Shown here one piece after another: positions 30,179 through 39,545 of a stretch of DNA of 64,000 nt. Under the pieces are notes generated by a model. The model saw only the letters and a program-made list of their open reading frames with translations, had not been told where the DNA came from and searched no databases. This DNA is from Candidatus Poribacteria bacterium (GTDB lineage Bacteria; Poribacteria; WGA-4E; JAJDTR01): contig CBDCTK010000002.1 in the NCBI GenBank assembly GCA_965222225.1, positions 2,304,001-2,368,000 on the forward strand. Reading direction: 5' to 3'. The position numbers and the translations under genes were made by a program. Numbering within the stretch: the first letter of the stretch is position 1; every line of letters starts with the position of its first letter.

Positions 30179-31135
30179 CTACTTCCCATCTTTGAACCGG
30201 GCGATTGCGCCCCGTTCCGCCAGTTCTGCCTTTGCATAATGCGCCGGCATACTCGGTGATTTCCAACGCCCCGCCGTCTGCATGTCCACGACTGACGCCC
30301 CGGCTTGCGCCAGCGACACCGCCGAACCGACCCGGAGTGAGTGTCCGCTGATGAATCCTTCCACGCCCGCTTCGGCAGCCCAACGTTTTATCGCCTCGCG
30401 TACCCCCTTCGTTGACAGTCTGCCTTTGCCCAGATGTTGACGGAATCTCACTCTCCGGAACAGAGCTCCGCGCTCAATCCCCGACTTCCGCAGGTAACGT
30501 TTAATCACACGCCTTGTGGATTCGCAGATATACAACGCCTCGCCCTTGCCTTCCTGATCCGTCTTACTGGCTTTCAAGGGTAGCACACTCCCTTTGATGT
30601 CCCCGACATTGACCGACACAACCTCCGAGATACGCAACAGACAATCGCTCATGAGGCTGATCATGGCAGAATCCCTCAACCCCGCAAGCGTCCGGCTCGC
30701 TTCGGCGAATGAGCAGACCCGATCCACTTCCTTCCATGTCAACCCGTCAACTTGACCGCGTCCCCTGTCCTTGCCCTCGCGTCGAATCCCCGCCAGTGTT
30801 CGCTCCGTGATTGCGCCAACCACCTCTTTTTGATTCCGGTTCTTTGCGCTCCACTTGATCGCGGCAACCGCTTGACTGATTGTGGCGGGCGATTTGCCCT
30901 GCCGGTGCAACTGCGTGATATAGTCCGCCAGTACCGCGTCATTCAATCCGTGATTGCCGTTGCCGGCGCTGTCGATACGAAACCCGTTCTCGGCAACCGA
31001 CAGCCACGCCTCAAGTTCTTTGAGCGCCCTTCGGTACGCCTTGTGCGTGTTCTCCGCGACGCCGGCTCTAATCAACTCCTCCGTTTCAATACTGATAGCC
31101 AGTGCGCTATCCTGTCTCACTGCCAACTCATTCAT
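30179..31135 (-). CDS. Tyrosine recombinase, Cre-like
   Basis: Catalytic set R (LLRISE), K (SKTDQ), HxxR (GHSLR), W (GRW), Y (AHY); N-terminal core-binding domain. Confidence 0.92.
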   Translation of the reverse strand: MNELAVRQDSALAISIETEELIRAGVAENTHKAYRRALKELEAWLSVAENGFRIDSAGNGNHGLNDAVLADYITQLHRQGKSPATISQAVAAIKWSAKNRNQKEVVGAITERTLAGIRREGKDRGRGQVDGLTWKEVDRVCSFAEASRTLAGLRDSAMISLMSDCLLRISEVVSVNVGDIKGSVLPLKASKTDQEGKGEALYICESTRRVIKRYLRKSGIERGALFRRVRFRQHLGKGRLSTKGVREAIKRWAAEAGVEGFISGHSLRVGSAVSLAQAGASVVDMQTAGRWKSPSMPAHYAKAELAERGAIARFKDGK

Positions 31136-31141
31136 GATTCA

Positions 31142-31696
31142 TCACCTAAGGCGTGTCGTTACTCCGTTCTTGTCCCTCGCGCCAACCATTCCACCGTATT
31201 TAGTAATCAACATTAACGCGGATGATTCCCCATCTCCGCCAAACACGCCGACAGCCCCACCGTGTGGATTCGTTTCCATAACCGCACTTCCTCCGTCCTT
31301 GCCACGCACGATAACGCGCCCGCCATGTTCGTCGGTCGTCAAATACACGTTCAACCGCACTACCCCAATGTCGTTGTCGTCGGTTCTACCTACGCCGATA
31401 GAATTACTACCTATAACCGAGACGGATCCTTCGCTACCGTGTATGTCCACCCCGGCTGCTGTCATTTCTGTGCGGAGACTGCCACCTCCTACTATGACGC
31501 CCGTCGAATCTATCACTGTCGTGAGACTAGGCACTCCGTAGCCTCCGACCAGTCGCAAGCGGCGGCAGGTTATCTCGCCGAAGTTACCATCCGATTGGCT
31601 CTGTGCTCCCAGTGGAGAGAACGAGCACACCACCAGCGTTAGAACTGTCCCGACAACACCGCCTATCACTGCATACAACGCCTCTTTCCTTCGCAT
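31142..31696 (-). CDS. Exported Gly/Val-rich beta-strand-repeat protein
   Basis: AGGAG RBS; AVIGGVVG...FSPLGAQSQSDGNFGEITC; repeats of (H/Y)GGxVxVxGKDG. Confidence 0.8.
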   Translation of the reverse strand: MRRKEALYAVIGGVVGTVLTLVVCSFSPLGAQSQSDGNFGEITCRRLRLVGGYGVPSLTTVIDSTGVIVGGGSLRTEMTAAGVDIHGSEGSVSVIGSNSIGVGRTDDNDIGVVRLNVYLTTDEHGGRVIVRGKDGGSAVMETNPHGGAVGVFGGDGESSALMLITKYGGMVGARDKNGVTTRLR

Positions 31697-31876
31697 CGTA
31701 AATCTCCTTTTGAGTTCGCTTCTGAAGCCAACGATTAACTTACTGTCGATAAAATTGGTATTATACACAATGACATAGTGTTATATGAAACTTTCCCTCG
31801 ATAGTATTTCCATTGATAAACCAGCATATTCCCATTATAATACATCATTCCTAATTGTCTAGGGAGGTCATACACC

Positions 31877-32100
31877 ATGCAAAAAACGTCTCAGAAGCAA
31901 ACTTCTCAGCGTCTACCTTCCCGAACCCCTTATCCGAGAATTATCCGAAGTCGGTGAGGCACTCGACCGTGCCATGTCCAATGTCGCGGCAGAGATGATT
32001 ATGTCTGACTTTCCACGATTCAAGGATCGCCACAGGAAGGCAATTCGCGAGGGAAGAAATTCGCTCAATTCCCACGTAGCCAGTAATCAACCGATGAAAG
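31877..32100 (+). pseudogene. Ribbon-helix-helix (CopG/Arc-like) regulator, out of frame with its start
   Basis: GGGAGG RBS and ATG at 31877; removing one A from A6 (31881-31886) gives MQKRLRSKLLSVYLPEPLIRELSEVGEALDRAMSNVAAEMI; 3' end uncertain. Confidence 0.55.
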
Positions 32101-32201
32101 GACTTTTGAGCGCGATTGCTACCCACACTGTCGCAATTCTCGTCGGCTTCTCAATCGCTTGCGCGAATGTTTGTCTTACACGCACCATTCCTCCGATGGC
32201 A

Positions 32202-33104
32202 TCAAAGTTCCCATGCCTCAAAATCGCGCCAATCGAATTTTGGCTCCCAGCCAAGCATTGCCTTGGCTTTACGGATATCGAAGATAGCGGCATACGGATC
32301 CGCCTCAAAGTATGCCATATCCTTGACCGGCGGACACTCCCCATAGATGGATTCTAGGATATCCAGCGTTGGAATGGAGTAGAAGGTGTGCCCCGCGGCA
32401 AGAAAAAACGCCTCAAAGGGCACTTCGGCATCGGATTCAAATTCAAAGGTGGCGGCTGCGGCACAGGCGCGCGCCACGTCGCGGATGGCGATGTGAGCGC
32501 CGAACCAGAGTTTGCCTTTCATCTCATCAAGACTCATGCCCGCTCGAGCACGGACTACAATGTTTCTTATGGATTCCTCGGTGCGCTTCATCCAGACCCA
32601 CATGTATCGCAGAGAGACGACCTCCAAGCCAAACGCTTTGGCATAGTTGGCGCCAATTCGCTCGCCGAAATGCTTAGACAGACTGTAGGTCTCATGGGGC
32701 CACAACGGGTGTTCCTCGTCAATGGGAACATACTGAGGCACTAACTCCACGCTGTGGATGCCGAAACCGGTACTTGACTCGCTGCAACCGTATATCACGC
32801 GATTAACACCTTTGAGGCGGGCAGCCTCGAAAACGTTAAAAGATATGGTGGTGTTCACGCCGATTACCGTCTCCGGCGGATCGCCGCCGTAAGGGTCGGG
32901 GATTGCCGCCAAGTGCACGACTTGGTCGAAGCTGTCGACTGCGCGGCAGGTATCTGTGAGATTCGTGAGGTCCACTTCGCGGAATGCCACGTCAACTTTA
33001 GGCGGAGCAAGGTCAAGGCTTGTGACGTTGTGACCGGCTGCAGCGAGTTCGTCACACACGTAAGTGCCGATAGCACCGCTGCCGCCAGTGACCGCAATAT
33101 TCAT
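32202..33104 (-). CDS. NAD-dependent epimerase/dehydratase
   Basis: VTGGSGAIG, HLAA and YSLSK motifs. Confidence 0.9.
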   Translation of the reverse strand: MNIAVTGGSGAIGTYVCDELAAAGHNVTSLDLAPPKVDVAFREVDLTNLTDTCRAVDSFDQVVHLAAIPDPYGGDPPETVIGVNTTISFNVFEAARLKGVNRVIYGCSESSTGFGIHSVELVPQYVPIDEEHPLWPHETYSLSKHFGERIGANYAKAFGLEVVSLRYMWVWMKRTEESIRNIVVRARAGMSLDEMKGKLWFGAHIAIRDVARACAAAATFEFESDAEVPFEAFFLAAGHTFYSIPTLDILESIYGECPPVKDMAYFEADPYAAIFDIRKAKAMLGWEPKFDWRDFEAWEL

Positions 33105-33258
33105 AGCATAATCCTCCTCTCAACTTTCGAGTGATATTCTATCACTTACCCACTCGGAGCGCAAATCTGGTATAATAGACAGGTGATGGTCGTAATAGAT
33201 AATTACGCCAACGTCGGATTAGCAGTTCCACGTTGCGTTGAAGCAAATGAGGTTGTTC

Positions 33259-34080
33259 ATGATACGACACGATGAAGAAAATAGAACCTTTGATTGTGAA
33301 CCCACGCTGACAGATACCCAAGTTCTGAAGTTCTGCAGAGAAGGTTTTCTCATGCTGGAAGGTATCGTGCCGGACGAGATAAATCGGCGCACTTTCGCTT
33401 ATCTCGACGAGCACCCATCCAAGGGACCGAGCACCATCATCCTGGCGGACTGGTTCCGTGATAACGTGCTCCTTGAACCGCAAGTAGCGGGTGCGGTGAG
33501 ATCCATACTCGGCAGAGATGTCGGGCTGCCGGTACTCATGAGCAACCACCGCGTGCAGTGCCCTGCACCGCTGGGGGATTGGCATCACGACGCGGATTCG
33601 CCTTTTGGCCCCGAGGTCAACTATCTCCAGGTATTCTACTATCCGCAGGATGCTCCCGTGGAGATGGGGCCAACCGAGGTGCTGCCGGGCTCGCATTTGC
33701 AGGAAACACCGCGCGACGCAGAACACCACGGAGGCGTGTTAACGACCGCACCTGCGGGCTCGGTCTTCATCACGATTTACTCACTCTTGCACCGTAGAAC
33801 CAAATCTACCGCAGCCGAGATGCGTAATCTGTTGAAATGGAGCTATTGGCGAACCGTTCCACCAAATCGGGATTGGATTAATGAGCCCGACTTTGACTTC
33901 CACACCGCGAACTACGGTGGACACGGCGTATGCAATTACATCGCCCACATGTTCTACTGGCTCTGCGGGAAAGCGAGCGAGTTCCGCACATTAGGCGGCC
34001 AGTCTTGGCCCTGCAGCTTTCCGCCGGGCAGCCAAATCGGCAAGTCCTACGGCTTCCCATCCGGACCGCCGAAATGGTAG
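33259..34080 (+). CDS. PhyH family dioxygenase
   Basis: WHHD, GPTEVLPGSH and LLHR motifs. Confidence 0.85.
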   Translation: MIRHDEENRTFDCEPTLTDTQVLKFCREGFLMLEGIVPDEINRRTFAYLDEHPSKGPSTIILADWFRDNVLLEPQVAGAVRSILGRDVGLPVLMSNHRVQCPAPLGDWHHDADSPFGPEVNYLQVFYYPQDAPVEMGPTEVLPGSHLQETPRDAEHHGGVLTTAPAGSVFITIYSLLHRRTKSTAAEMRNLLKWSYWRTVPPNRDWINEPDFDFHTANYGGHGVCNYIAHMFYWLCGKASEFRTLGGQSWPCSFPPGSQIGKSYGFPSGPPKW

Positions 34081-34210
34081 ATCAAGCGACTGAACAAGGA
34101 GATGAAGGGAGTGAATAACGACCGATCAACTGAATGGACAGTGAAGGCGATAGAAAGTCTAGATAGAGTTCCCATAGAGATCCCTCAAGCGAGCAAACAA
34201 CTGAACGAAT
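34080..34210 (+). repeat. Cluster of stuttered 37-nt units
   Basis: Partial unit at 34080; unit at 34124 with three GATAG...CCC-type ends. Confidence 0.8.
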
Positions 34211-34529
34211 ATGGAATTATTGGCGAACCGTTCCATCAAAACGCGAAACGCCAGTTTCCAGCAATAATCCAGTTGGAACTTACTCCGAGAGACTAGCAGG
34301 TTGGGTCTATGCAACAGTCACGCATGGACAACTCCCATCTAAAGCTGAAATTTTCTTGACTGTGGGGCGGGGGTATGATATACACTATGTTAATCATGAA
34401 GGTGGCGAATAGTCACCATTATGCGTGCAGTAGAATCGACCTCTTGAGAGCTGAAGTCCGGCAATATTGATGCTTGGATTTCACAGGACTTCCAAAACTT
34501 GAACCTAACACTTGAAAAGGAGTTCTACC

Positions 34530-35489
34530 ATGAAGAAGAAACTTGCGGCTATCACACTAAGTTGCGTGCTACTGTTCAGCGTCGCCGTGCTAGGTATAAA
34601 CGCACAGGCCCCGACAGAACCAAAGATTGTCTTCATGACCGATCGGGATGGGAACTTTGAAGTCTACATTATGAACAAGGACGGGAGCAATCCGCAAAAC
34701 CTGACCAACAATCCCGCTGACGACTTTGCCGCAAGGTGGTCTCCTGACGGCACAACTATAGCTTTTGTCAGCGGCAGAGATCACATGGGTTGGGAAGGGG
34801 ACGTTTACCTTATGGACCCCGATGGTAGCAATCAACGCAGTCTAGGAAACACTCCGGAGGGTGAACAGGATTTAGGGTGGTCTCCTGACGGCAAACAGAT
34901 TGTCATGGAGGTGAATATTGAACCGCGCCAAATCTTCGTTATGGACGCCGATGGTGAAAATCGCCTTCAACTAACGGACGAGACGATGGCAGACAACCAG
35001 CAGCCATCCTTCTGTCCTGACGGTCGTATCGCCTTCACCTCCGGTCGGGATGGGAACGGTGAAGTCTACCTTATGGACGCTGATGGGGGTAATCAGACCA
35101 GAATAACGAACCATGCCGCAACTGACCGGGAGCCAACCTGTTCTCCGGACAATACACAAATCGCTTTCTGGTCCGATCGGGCTGGGGATCTGGAAGTCTT
35201 CGTTACGGGTATCGATGGCGGCGATGCACGCAACATAACGAGAACTCCCGGGCATCACTGGCCTTCGCACTGGTCTGCTGACGGTTCGGAGATACTCTTC
35301 ACCTCCGAGCGTGATGGGAACGGCGAAATCTACATCATGAATTCCGATGGCAGCAATCAAGTCAACTTAACAAACCATGGCGGCTATGACGACCGTCCGG
35401 ACTTGTTTGAGCCTGGTGCCGGGACGGCTGTGTCTAGTCTTGGCCGGTTCAAAGCAACATGGGGCTGGATTAAGCAGAAGACCAAATAA
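34530..35489 (+). CDS. Secreted TolB-like (PD40) beta-propeller A
   Basis: WSPDG/IAF/RDGN repeats; signal peptide; C-terminal AVSSLGRFKATWGWIKQ. Confidence 0.9.
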   Translation: MKKKLAAITLSCVLLFSVAVLGINAQAPTEPKIVFMTDRDGNFEVYIMNKDGSNPQNLTNNPADDFAARWSPDGTTIAFVSGRDHMGWEGDVYLMDPDGSNQRSLGNTPEGEQDLGWSPDGKQIVMEVNIEPRQIFVMDADGENRLQLTDETMADNQQPSFCPDGRIAFTSGRDGNGEVYLMDADGGNQTRITNHAATDREPTCSPDNTQIAFWSDRAGDLEVFVTGIDGGDARNITRTPGHHWPSHWSADGSEILFTSERDGNGEIYIMNSDGSNQVNLTNHGGYDDRPDLFEPGAGTAVSSLGRFKATWGWIKQKTK

Positions 35490-35701
35490 GATTGGATACT
35501 CTTTAAGGTTACGTTTACCCTCGTGTTCTTGGTGGTGTAACCTCCGCAAACTCTACACAACTGGTAGCCCAACTTTCTAAATTGACAATTTCGCGAGCAA
35601 CCCGTCAAAACCAAGATAGAATCTTGGGCTACGAGTTGATTTGCCAAAGTCAAGCTAAATGAAGGCGGTAAATAGTTGGCAAAGTTTTAGGGAGGCTTAC
35701 G

Positions 35702-36685
35702 ATGGGATTTAAAGAGAGATCTGCATACATCTCGTTAAGTTGCGTGTTATTCTTGAACGGCGCTGTGCTGTACGCATACGCAAAAGCGCCCGAAGGAACA
35801 AGGATCGCCTTCGAGTCCGGCCGACGTTTACATGGCGGGCTCACCGAAATCTTCATTATGGATGCGGATGGGAAGAATGAACACCCCCTATTCGTCGTCC
35901 CGCCTCATAACGACCAATATCCAGCCTGGTCGCCTGACGGTAGAAAAATGGCTTTCACCTCCCAGCGGGATGGCGGTCAGGGAATCTGGCTTGTGACTCT
36001 TAACAGTGACCGTCCACTGGGCGCCGAGGCCGGCAAACCGTTCCAACTGACGAGTAATCCCGGTTTGGACCAATATCCAGCCTGGTCGCCTGACGGTAAA
36101 AAAATCGCCTTCCAATCCAATCGGGATAAGAACTGGGAAATCTACGTTATAGATGCCGATGGGACAAGAAAGCGCAGACTGACCAACCATCGCGCGTCTG
36201 ACACTACTCCAGCTTGGTCTCCTGACGGTAGGGAAATCGCCTTCGTCTCCGCACGGGATGGTAACCTTGAAGTCTACGTTATGGATCGCTCTGGGAACAA
36301 TCAACACAACATAACGAACCATGCCTTCACTGACACGAATCCAAGCTGGGCTCCCAGCGGTAACAAGATTACCTTTAGCTCCTATCGGGATGATAGCGAG
36401 GAAATCTATGTTATGGATGCCAATGGAAAGAATCAACGTAACATAACGAACCACCCCTCGCTTGACAGCAATCCATCCTGGTCCCCTAGCGGCAGCACTA
36501 TCGCCTTCCAATCCAATCGAGACGGTAACCTGGAAATCTACGTTATGGATACCAATGGGAACAATCAACGTAGGCTAACAAGAAAAGCCGAGTTTGACAA
36601 AAATCCCGCTTGGTTTGATCCTCGTGGCCTTTCTGTCTCCCCTGCCGGCAAACTCAAAACATTGTGGGGCTGGATTAAGAAGTAG
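35702..36685 (+). CDS. Secreted TolB-like beta-propeller B
   Basis: PAWSPDG repeats; C-terminal SVSPAGKLKTLWGWIKK. Confidence 0.9.
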   Translation: MGFKERSAYISLSCVLFLNGAVLYAYAKAPEGTRIAFESGRRLHGGLTEIFIMDADGKNEHPLFVVPPHNDQYPAWSPDGRKMAFTSQRDGGQGIWLVTLNSDRPLGAEAGKPFQLTSNPGLDQYPAWSPDGKKIAFQSNRDKNWEIYVIDADGTRKRRLTNHRASDTTPAWSPDGREIAFVSARDGNLEVYVMDRSGNNQHNITNHAFTDTNPSWAPSGNKITFSSYRDDSEEIYVMDANGKNQRNITNHPSLDSNPSWSPSGSTIAFQSNRDGNLEIYVMDTNGNNQRRLTRKAEFDKNPAWFDPRGLSVSPAGKLKTLWGWIKK

Positions 36686-36861
36686 ACCGAATAAGATTTG
36701 AAAGTCTTTAAGGTCATATTGGTCCTTGTGTTCTTGACGGAGCGAATCCTCCGCTAGCTCTACACAACTCGACTTTGGCTAAAGTCACATCCTGGCAAAT
36801 GGCCAAAGTCGAGTATAAATGAGGGTGGTAAATAGTTGCCAAAGCTTTAGGGAGGCATACG

Positions 36862-37866
36862 ATGGGATTCAAACAGAAACTTGCGTATATCTCGTTAAGT
36901 TGCGTGATACTGTTGAGTGGCATTGCGCCATTTACAAACGCGCAAGCGCCCAAGGAAACAAGGATTGCCTTCGAGTCCGGCCGACGTCTCGACGGGCTCA
37001 GCGAAATCTACATAATGGACACGAACGGAAATAATGAACACCCCCTGATGAAAGAAGCACCTGGCAACGAGCAATATCCCGCCTGGTCTCCTGACGGGAA
37101 AACAATTGCCTTCACCTCCAATCGGGATGGTGGTGGTGGGTCGGCGCTGGTGGATATCTACCTTGTGGATCTCGAGGGTGACAGAGAACTGGGTCTCAAG
37201 GATGGCAATCCACGCAACATAACGAACAATCCCGCATTGGACCACTATCCCGCCTGGTCTCCTGATGGGAAAAGTATCGCCTTCCAATCCAATCGGGATA
37301 AGAACTGGGAAATCTATGTTGTAAATGCCGATGGAGAAAATCCACGCAGACTGACGAGCAATCGAGCGGCTGACAGTACTCCAGCCTGGTCTCCTGACGG
37401 TAGGGAAATCGCCTTTGTCTCTGCGCGGGACGGTAACCTCGAAGTCTACCTTATGGATCGCACTGGGAACAATCAACACAACATAACGACCCATGCCTTC
37501 ACTGACACGAATCCAAGCTGGGCTCCCAGCGGTAACAAGATTACCTTTAGCTCCTATCGGGATGATAGCGAGGAAATCTATGTTATGGATGCCGATGGGA
37601 AGAATCAACGCAACATAACGAACCACCCCTCGCTTGACAGTAATCCCGCCTGGTCTCCTGACGGGAAAAGTATCGCCTTCCAATCCAATCGGGACGGTAA
37701 CCTCGAAATCTACGTAATGGATACAGATGGAAACAATCAACGCAGGCTAACGAGAAAAGCCGAGTCTGACAAGAATCCCGCTTGGTTTGATCCTGCTGGG
37801 TTTTCCGTCTCGCCTGGCGGCAAGTTCAAAACATTATGGGGCGGGCTTAAGCAGAAGATTGAATAG
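36862..37866 (+). CDS. Secreted TolB-like beta-propeller C (close paralog of B)
   Basis: PAWSPDG repeats; C-terminal SVSPGGKFKTLWGGLKQ. Confidence 0.9.
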   Translation: MGFKQKLAYISLSCVILLSGIAPFTNAQAPKETRIAFESGRRLDGLSEIYIMDTNGNNEHPLMKEAPGNEQYPAWSPDGKTIAFTSNRDGGGGSALVDIYLVDLEGDRELGLKDGNPRNITNNPALDHYPAWSPDGKSIAFQSNRDKNWEIYVVNADGENPRRLTSNRAADSTPAWSPDGREIAFVSARDGNLEVYLMDRTGNNQHNITTHAFTDTNPSWAPSGNKITFSSYRDDSEEIYVMDADGKNQRNITNHPSLDSNPAWSPDGKSIAFQSNRDGNLEIYVMDTDGNNQRRLTRKAESDKNPAWFDPAGFSVSPGGKFKTLWGGLKQKIE

Positions 37867-38140
37867 TGTCGTTCTTGACGGATTCGGTCGCTTGCAGTAC
37901 GCTTAATTCTTTCCCTTGTGCCACTTAATTGTCCGTGGGTTGTCGCGTCTGCCTTCTTTCGATCAAGCCCTACTCAGGTTTCGCTACTCTTGAACGCGAT
38001 CTTAACAACCCTGATTGTCCCAACTGTTAGCACGCTGTCTCCCGCTGAGCCAGGAGCAGCAACTCCGCTCCTGAATCGCGAAAATCTCCTCGCGATTCAT
38101 ACCTTTGCAAGGCCTCCAACACGTGAACGGGAGTGTTGCG

Positions 38141-39097
38141 ATGAAGAAGACACCGGTATCTATCACACTAAGTTTCGCTCTACTGTTCAGCGTCGCTGTG
38201 CCATGTATAGACGCACAAGCACCGACAGAGGCAAAGATTGTCTTCATGACCGATCGGAATGGGAAATGGGAAATTTACAGTATGAATAAGGACGGGAGCA
38301 GGCTACAAAACCTAACCAAAAATCCCGGTGACGACTTTGCCCCAAGGTGGTCTCCTGATGGCACAACCATAGCCTTCTGCAGCGGCAGGGATCACGAGGG
38401 TTGGGAGGCGGACGTTTACCTTATGGATCCCGATGGCAGCAATCAACGCAGTCTGGGGAATACTGCGGAGGCTGAGCAGGATTCAGGGTGGTCACCTGAC
38501 GGCACACAGATTGTCATGGAGGTGAATCTTGGTCGGCGGCAAATCTTCGTCATGGATGCCGATGGTGAAAATCGCGTTCAACTGACGGATGTGGCGCAGG
38601 GAGAAAACCAGCAGCCATCCTGGTGTCCTGACGGTAGTATCGCCTTCACATCTGATCGGGATGGGAACGGTGAAATCTACCTTATGGACCCCGATGGCGG
38701 CAATCCGCGCAGGATAACAAACCATGCCGCCACCGACCGGGAGCCTACCTGCTCTCCCGACGGTAAAAAAATCGCTTTCTGGTCCGATCGCGCCGGGGAT
38801 TTGGAAGTCTTCGTTATGGATATCGATGGGGGCAATCCACGCAACATTACGAGAACTCCCGGGGATCAATGGCCCTCCGAATGGTCTTCTGACGGTAAAG
38901 AGATACTCTTCACCTCCGAGCGGGATGGGAACGGTGAAATCTACATTATGAATTCCGACGGTAGCAATCAAACCAACCTAACAAACCATCGCGGCTATGA
39001 TGACCGTCCGCACCTGTTTGATCCTCGTGGGTTTTCTGTCTCGCCTGGCGGCAAGTTCAAAGCAACATGGGGCTGGCTAAAGCAGAACATTGAGTAG
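38141..39097 (+). CDS. Secreted TolB-like beta-propeller D (close paralog of A)
   Basis: AQAPTEAKIVFMTDR; C-terminal SVSPGGKFKATWGWLKQ. Confidence 0.9.
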   Translation: MKKTPVSITLSFALLFSVAVPCIDAQAPTEAKIVFMTDRNGKWEIYSMNKDGSRLQNLTKNPGDDFAPRWSPDGTTIAFCSGRDHEGWEADVYLMDPDGSNQRSLGNTAEAEQDSGWSPDGTQIVMEVNLGRRQIFVMDADGENRVQLTDVAQGENQQPSWCPDGSIAFTSDRDGNGEIYLMDPDGGNPRRITNHAATDREPTCSPDGKKIAFWSDRAGDLEVFVMDIDGGNPRNITRTPGDQWPSEWSSDGKEILFTSERDGNGEIYIMNSDGSNQTNLTNHRGYDDRPHLFDPRGFSVSPGGKFKATWGWLKQNIE

Positions 39098-39545
39098 TGC
39101 TGTTCTTGTCCTTGTGCCGCCTAATTGTCGGTGGGCTGTCACCTCTACCTTGCTTTGTTCTCTCAGAGATTAAATCCTGCTCCATTTCAGCGAATAAGGA
39201 AAGCAGAATACTCATCACTTTCGTTTGAAGGTTCGCGAGAGCAGATAAATCAATATCTGTCTTGATAGCGACAAGCCTGCCTGTTTTTGAATCAACCCCT
39301 CACCGAGGGAAATAACCTGTCCAAGACTTCGCCCCGCCCGAGATTCGACCTATGCTAGGTCTCGGAAGCATTCAATGACTTTCTTTCTATTTTAACTTAA
39401 GCGCTATCGCATCTTATCTTCATTGACGGGACAAGTGGAAAACGGGTAAGATAATTCCCGAAAAACTGTTGGTTCCTTACTGGTTACCTGCCCATACCGC
39501 TAACGTCAGCACAATACGTCACTAGAAATGTAAGGAAATACAATA

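Noticed and set aside
25400-31135. Integron (IntI plus attC cassettes)
   Set aside because: The recombinase is Cre-like and lacks the IntI insertion; no attC-type sites were recognised between cargo genes.
31700-31860. loxP-like site for the recombinase
   Set aside because: AT-rich with only short imperfect inverted repeats; no convincing 13-8-13 structure.
35888-37740. Long antisense ORFs (35888..36568 and 36895..37740; likewise 49740..50714)
   Set aside because: Shadow ORFs of well-supported sense genes.
34530-39097. Diversity-generating retroelement acting on the propeller genes
   Set aside because: No RT gene in the window, and paralog differences do not appear adenine-specific.
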